Shown here piece after piece: positions 35,710 through 40,646 of a stretch of DNA of 40,646 nucleotides. Each line of letters starts with the position of its first letter. Position 1 is the stretch's first letter. The notes below the pieces were generated by a model. It was not told where the DNA came from. It did not search any database and saw only the letters and a list, made by a program, of their open reading frames with translations. The stretch comes from Chiloscyllium plagiosum (taxonomy: Eukaryota), in NCBI RefSeq assembly GCF_004010195.1, contig NC_057719.1:2553504-2594149 (forward strand), given 5' to 3'. Both the position numbers and the translations under genes were made by a program.

Positions 35710-37862
35710 CGAGAGAAGGTGCAAACCTTGACCTACGCTTGGGAAATAAGGCAGGGCAGGAGACTGAGGTGTCAGTGGGGGAACACTTTGGGGCTAGAGA
35801 CCATAATTCTATTTATTTTAAAATAGTGATGGAAAAGGATAGACCAGATCTAAAAGTTGAAATTCTATATTGGAGAACGGCCAATTCTGACGATATTAGG
35901 CAAGAACTTTCGAAAACTGATTGGGGGCAGATGTTCACAGGTAAAGGGACGGCTGGAAAATGGGAAGCCTTCAGAAATGGGATAACGAGAATCCAGAGAC
36001 AGTATATTCCTGTCAGGGTAAAAGGGAAGGCTGGTAGATATAGGGAATGCTGGATGACTAAAGAAATTGTGGATTTGGTTAATAAAAAGAAGGAAGCATA
36101 TGTTTGGTATAGATAGGATAGATTGAATAAATCCTTAGAAGAGTATAAAGGCAGTAGGAGTATATTTAAGAGGGAAATCAGGAGGGCAAAACTGGGACAT
36201 GAGATAGCGTGGGCAAATACTATAAAGGAGAATCCAAAGGGCTTTTACAAATATATTAAGGACAAAAGGGCAACTAGGGAGAGAATAGGGCCCCTCAAAG
36301 ATCAGCAAGGCGGCCTTTGTGTGGAGCCACAGAAAATGGGGGAGATACTAAATGAATATTTTGCATCAGTATTTACTGTGGAAAAGGATATGGAAGATAT
36401 AGACTGTAGGGAAATAGATGGTGACATCTTGCAAAATGTCCAGATTACAGAGGAGGAAGTGCTGGATGTCTTGAAATGGTTAAAGGTGGATAAATCCCCA
36501 GGACCTGATCAGGTGTACCCAGAATTCTGTGGGAAACTAAAGAAGTGATTGCTGGGCCTCTTGCTGAGATATTTGTATCATCGATAGTCACAGGTGAGGT
36601 GCTGGAAGACTGGAGGTTGGCAAACGTGGTGCCACTGTTTAAGAAGGGCGGTAAAGTCAAGCCAGGGAACTATAGACCGGTGAGCCGGAGACCTCGGTAG
36701 TGGGCAAGTTGTTGAAGGGAATCCTGTGGGACAGGATGTACATGTATTTGGAAAGGCAAGGACTGATTCGGGATAGCCAACATGGCTTTGTGCGTGGGAA
36801 ATCATGTCTCACAAACTTGATTGAGTTTTTTGAAGAAGTAACAGAGAGGATTGATGAGGGCAGAGCAGTAGATGTGATCTATATGGACTTCAGTAAGGTG
36901 TTCAACAAGGTTCCCCATGGGAGACTGATTAGCAAGCTTAGATCTCATGGAATACAGGGAGAACTAGCCATTTGGATACAGAACTGGCTCAAAGGTAGAA
37001 GACAGAGGGTGGTGGTGGAGGGTTGTTTTTCAGACTGGGCTGTGACCAGTGGAGTGCCACAAGGATCAGTGCTGGGCTTTCTACTTTTTGTCATTTACAT
37101 AAATGATTTGGATGCGAGCATAAGAGGATCAGTTAGTAAGTTTGGAGATGACACCAAAATTGGAGATGTAGTGGACAGCGAAGAGGGTTACCTCAGATTA
37201 CAATAGGATTTGGACCAGATGGGCCAATGGGCTGAGAAGTGACAGATGGAGTTTAATTCAGATAAATGCGAGGTACTTCATTTTGGGAAAGCAAATCTTA
37301 GCAGGACTTATACACTTAATGGNNNNNNNTCGCAGGTAGATAGGATAGTGAAGAAGGCGTTTGGTATGCTTTCCTTTATTGGTCAGAGTATTGAATACAG
37401 GAGTTGGGAGGTCATGTTGTGGCTGTACAGGACATTGGTTAGGCCACTGTTGGAATATTGCGTGCAATTCTGGTCTCCTTCCTATCGAAAGGATGTTGTG
37501 AAACTTGAAAGGTTTCAGAAAAAGATTTACAAGGATGTTGCCTCAGTTGTAGGATCTGAGCTACAGGGAGAGGCTGAACAGGCTGGGGCTCTTTTCCCTG
37601 GAGTGTTGGAGGGTGACCTTATAGAGGTTTACAAAATTATGAGGGGCATGGATAGGATAAATAGGCAAANNNNNNNNNNNNNNNNNNNNNCTGGTACAAT
37701 TGCAACATTTAAGAGGCATTTGGATGGGTATATGAATAGGAAGGGTTTGGAGGGATATGGGCCGGGTGCTGGCAGGTGGGACTAGATTGGGTTGGGATAT
37801 CTGGTCGGCATGGACAGGTTGGACCAAAGGGTCTGTTTCCATGCTGTACATCTCTATGACTC
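35710..37862 (+). mobile_element. 5'-truncated CR1 (end of endonuclease, RT, 3' UTR)
   Basis: [47 protein letters not shown]. Scattered stops and frameshifts. Confidence 0.94.
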
Positions 37863-38489
37863 TAATTGCCTTTCCCCCGGCTATAACTCTTGCCCTGCAG
37901 TATATGCGTATCTCTTTCTATTACTAAAGTAAACACAATTGAATCATGGTCACTATCACCAACATGCTCACCTACCTCCAAATCTAACACCTGGCTGGCC
38001 GGGTTCATTACCCAGTACCAAATCCAATGTGGCCTCGCCCCTTGTTGGCCTGTCTACACACTGTCTCAAAAAACTGTGTCTAAAGTATTGAACTATAGTA
38101 CCCCCAGTCAATATTTAGAAAATCAAAGTCCCCTGTAACAACTACCCTGTCACTCTCACTGCTATCGAGAATCATCTTTGCTATCCTTCCCTCTATATCT
38201 CTGGAACTATTCGGAGGCCTATAGAAACCTCCCAACAGGGTGACCTCTCCTTTTCTGTTTTAATCTTAGCCCATACGACCTCAGTTGATGATTCCTCAAA
38301 TGTCCTTTCTGCCACCATAAAACTGCCCTTGACGAACAATGCCTCACTCCCCCCTCTTTTACTATCTTTTCTGTCCTTACTGAAACATCTAAATCCCGAA
38401 ACCTGCAACATTCCTGTCTCTGTTCTACCCATGTCTCTGAAATGACCACAATATCAAAATCCCAGGTACCAACCCATGCTGCAAGTTCA

Positions 38490-38652
38490 AAATTGATTAC
38501 TCCTTACCCCCTCCCCCCAGCCCTTTCTAGCATTATTTCAGCTGCCATCAGTTTTGAGGAAAGATCACTGGACCTGAAATGTTAACTCTGATTTTTTTTT
38601 TCCACAGATGCTGCCAGACCTGCTGAGCTTTTCCAGCAACTTCTGTTTTTGG
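38490..38652 (+). mobile_element. PLE terminal repeat (family D) with degenerate hammerhead motif at 38550-38587
   Basis: AGTT-TTGAGGA-A-AGATC-ACTG-GACCT-GAAA-TGT-T-AACT, followed by ACAGATGCTGCCAGACCTGCTGAG as at 17208. Confidence 0.75.
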
Positions 38653-38889
38653 TTTGGGCAGCTAATTGGGTCATGGTGAATGGTCAGATCTATCAGTTCC
38701 TGGATGCTGAAGCAGCCAATTGTTGCTCTGTCCTAAATCAGCCTTTACCCTTGATCATGACACATTGAATCCTCCCGTCCTTTTCACTTTTCCATAATTA
38801 CAAACTAATGGACAGTGCATTCAGCATATGAATATATTGATATTTACTCCCCAATCTGAGCTCATGTTGGAATTGTGTGATGCTTCTTC

Positions 38890-39050
38890 CTCCTAACCCT
38901 CTATTTACCCCAACTCTGAACTTGTTTCAAACCTGTTCAAGCTCTAACTTCTTTTGGTCCTGACCAAAGGTCATTCTGTCTGAAACATTAACTCTGTTTT
39001 TCTCCCTCCACAGGTACTGCACAAGTGTTCATAGCGTTCTCTGTTTTATT
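38890..39050 (+). mobile_element. Old PLE terminal repeat (family D-like) abutting the GPCR stop codon
   Basis: CTGACCAAAGGTCATTCTGTCTGAAACATTAACTCTG matches CTGAAACATTAACTCTG at 17181. Confidence 0.6.
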
Positions 39051-39055
39051 AAACA

Positions 39056-40006
39056 TTAAAGAATCACAGTCTCTGACATGTTGTTGGCCTGCAGTTTCCT
39101 GGTCCTAATAGCGTTCTCTTTCCTCCGCAATGTGGCAAGTAAGATATCTCTGCGTGCTGTCTCATTCACAAAACAATACAGGATTGGATCCAGAATGCAG
39201 TTCAAGCAGATGAGAGCCACTGATAGTCGATAAGGGATGAAGATGTGTTGTACAACATTGCAGTCCTTCTCCATGATGCTTCGGACCAACAACATGGCAT
39301 GGTAGGGGAAGAAGCAGATGGTGAACCCCACTGTAATGCTCAGCATCAGTTTCACTGCCCTTCTCTTCTCATGGTGCAGTGTGGAGATACTGTTGCTCAC
39401 CGAGTTGTAAATGCTGCAGTAGAAGATGAAGATCAGAGCAAATGGGAGCAGGAATCCAAAGGCAATCCTGAAATAGTTGAGATTTGCTTTCCAAGGCTCG
39501 ATGGGGTAGATATCGTAGCATAACTTGTGACTTTTGGAATTGTTGGAAATCTCTGGTTGGATCAACAGTTCAAGATTGAAAGCTGATTGGCTGAGCCAGG
39601 CAACACAGCTAATTGTGATTGCTGTCCTAATTGTGCGGAATCTAGTCGTTCTGAGGGGATGAACCACCCCGAGATAACGGTCAAAGGAGATACAGCACAG
39701 GAAAGCGGAGCTCGCATATAAATTGGTGTGGGTCAAAAAGGAGCAGATCTGACACATGGTAGCTCCAGCCCTCCAGTTGTCATCATGCAGAGTGAAATCG
39801 ATCCAGAAAGGCAGGGTTAGTATGTAGAGTAGATCAGCGACAGTTAGATTGAAGAGGTATATTCCCAGTTCATTCTTGCGCCTCACTTGCTTATAGGCTG
39901 CGTACAGGGCAATGCAGTTTATGGGCAGGCCCAGGATGAACACCAAGACATAGACAATTGAAAATAACCATTGGTCGAAGGAATATTGAATGGTGCATGT
40001 ATCATT
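39056..40006 (-). CDS. Class A GPCR of the proton-sensing GPR4/GPR65/GPR68 family. Main coding exon (316 codons plus stop); start codon not in this exon
   Basis: Uninterrupted frame NDTCTIQYSFDQWLFSIVYVLVFILGLPIN... with seven hydrophobic segments. Motifs NELGIYLFNLTVADLLY, DNW, FLCCISFDRY, CYDIYPIEPW, CFFPYH and LNCILDPILYCFV are diagnostic of the family. The frame extends 20 codons 5' of the ORF-track start. Confidence 0.93.
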   Translation of the reverse strand, partial: NDTCTIQYSFDQWLFSIVYVLVFILGLPINCIALYAAYKQVRRKNELGIYLFNLTVADLLYILTLPFWIDFTLHDDNWRAGATMCQICSFLTHTNLYASSAFLCCISFDRYLGVVHPLRTTRFRTIRTAITISCVAWLSQSAFNLELLIQPEISNNSKSHKLCYDIYPIEPWKANLNYFRIAFGFLLPFALIFIFYCSIYNSVSNSISTLHHEKRRAVKLMLSITVGFTICFFPYHAMLLVRSIMEKDCNVVQHIFIPYRLSVALICLNCILDPILYCFVNETARRDILLATLRRKENAIRTRKLQANNMSETVIL

Positions 40007-40040
40007 CTATTGATAAAATCAAGAAAAGAGTGAGTGAGAG
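40007..40040 (-). promoter_or_regulatory. Splice acceptor (polypyrimidine tract plus AG) of the GPCR coding exon
   Basis: Minus strand CTCTCACTCACTCTTTTCTTGATTTTATCAATAG|AATGAT. The TAG is also the in-frame stop bounding the ORF. Confidence 0.75.
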
Positions 40041-40212
40041 ATGGAGGAGAGAGAGATATACACATATACTCAACAGGAAACCTACAGGAACCTCACCCAA
40101 CTAGCACTTCCTCATTCTGGTAAAAACAATGACTGCAGATGCTGGAAATCAGATTCTGGATTAGTGGTGCTGGAAGAGTACAGCAGTTCAGGCGGAATTC
40201 GAGGAGCAGGAA

Positions 40213-40248
40213 GATCGACATTTCAGGCAAAAGCCCTTCATCAGGAAT
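40213..40248 (-). ncRNA. Minimal hammerhead motif, copy 1 of the tandem pair
   Basis: ATTC-CTGATGA-A-GGGC-TTTT-GCCT-GAAA-TGT-C-GATC. Core intact, with G-U wobbles in stems II and III. Confidence 0.5.
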
Positions 40249-40375
40249 AGGAACCTCACCCAACTAGCACTTCCTCATTCTGGTAAAAACAATGACTGCA
40301 GATGCTGGAAATCAGATTCTGGATTAGTGGTGCTGGAAGAGTACAGCAGTTCAGGCGGAATTCGAGGAGCAGGAA

Positions 40376-40411
40376 GATCGACATTTCAGGCAAAAGCCCT
40401 TCATCAGGAAT
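40376..40411 (-). ncRNA. Minimal hammerhead motif, copy 2 of the tandem pair
   Basis: Identical to 40213-40248. Confidence 0.5.
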
Positions 40412-40646
40412 ACAGGCAGAGAGCCTGAAGGGTGGAGAGGAGGATGGGGGTGGGGAGAAAGTAGCATAGAGTACAATGGGTGAGTGGGGGAGGGGATGAA
40501 GGTGATAGGTTAGGGAAGAGGGTGGAGTGGATAGGTGGAAAAGAAGATAGGCAGGTAGGACAAGTCCTGGGAACAGTGCTGAGCTGGAAGTTTGGAACTA
40601 TGGTGAGGTGGGGGAAGGGGAAATGAGGAAACTGGTGAAGTCTACA

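Larger units (their letters stand above)
33286..38490 (-). mobile_element. Long CR1 ORF2 (endonuclease 37863-38490, linker/RT/3' UTR 33286-35709), split by an antisense CR1 and an HE1 SINE
   Basis: VISETW and FADDIKVS motifs. The two halves rejoin as GKGNYD-VIRQDL across 37863/35709. Confidence 0.9.
40086..40411. repeat. Perfect 163-bp tandem duplication
   Basis: 40086-40248 is identical to 40249-40411 on visual comparison. Confidence 0.93.
40114..40646 (-). mobile_element. PLE 3' end (family A variant terminal repeat), continuing past the right edge
   Basis: Same repeat as 15815-15930, then a purine-rich (plus strand) segment ending in VDFTSFLISP on minus, resembling a PLE ORF C-terminus. 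Confidence 0.8.

Noticed and set aside
39245..39523. Plus-strand ORF overlapping the GPCR
   Set aside because: Antisense shadow of the coding exon with no independent support.
39056..39946. Assigning symbol GPR4, GPR65 or GPR68, or accepting the TTG start at 39946
   Set aside because: Motifs are mixed between paralogues, and the TTG lies within TM1 while homology continues to 40006.
40086..40411. CRISPR-like or satellite array
   Set aside because: Only two units with no spacers, in a eukaryotic repeat context.

Overview
Vertebrate genomic DNA, almost certainly from an elasmobranch (shark or ray). This is inferred from multiple HE1-type V-SINEs and abundant CR1 LINEs. The window has several N gaps. 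Most of it is nested, decayed retroelements: CR1 LINEs on both strands, Penelope-like elements (PLEs; RT and GIY-YIG fragments plus many terminal repeats), three separate Gypsy LTR-retrotransposon relics, and tRNA-derived SINEs. The only host gene is a class-A GPCR of the proton-sensing GPR4/GPR65/GPR68 family on the minus strand (coding exon 39056-40006, start codon not in this exon). Main points of interest: (1) four different PLE-type terminal-repeat families each carry a minimal hammerhead-ribozyme motif whose stems vary in sequence but stay paired, and many copies occur as short fold-back (hairpin) insertions with 10-16 bp target duplications; (2) a perfect 163-bp tandem duplication places two hammerhead motifs in sense orientation just upstream of the GPCR splice acceptor; (3) the GPCR mixes GPR4-like and GPR65-like motifs and has Gln in place of the conserved proton-sensing Glu4.53. 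Family assignments come from motif recognition by eye with no database search, and boundaries of old repeats are approximate.
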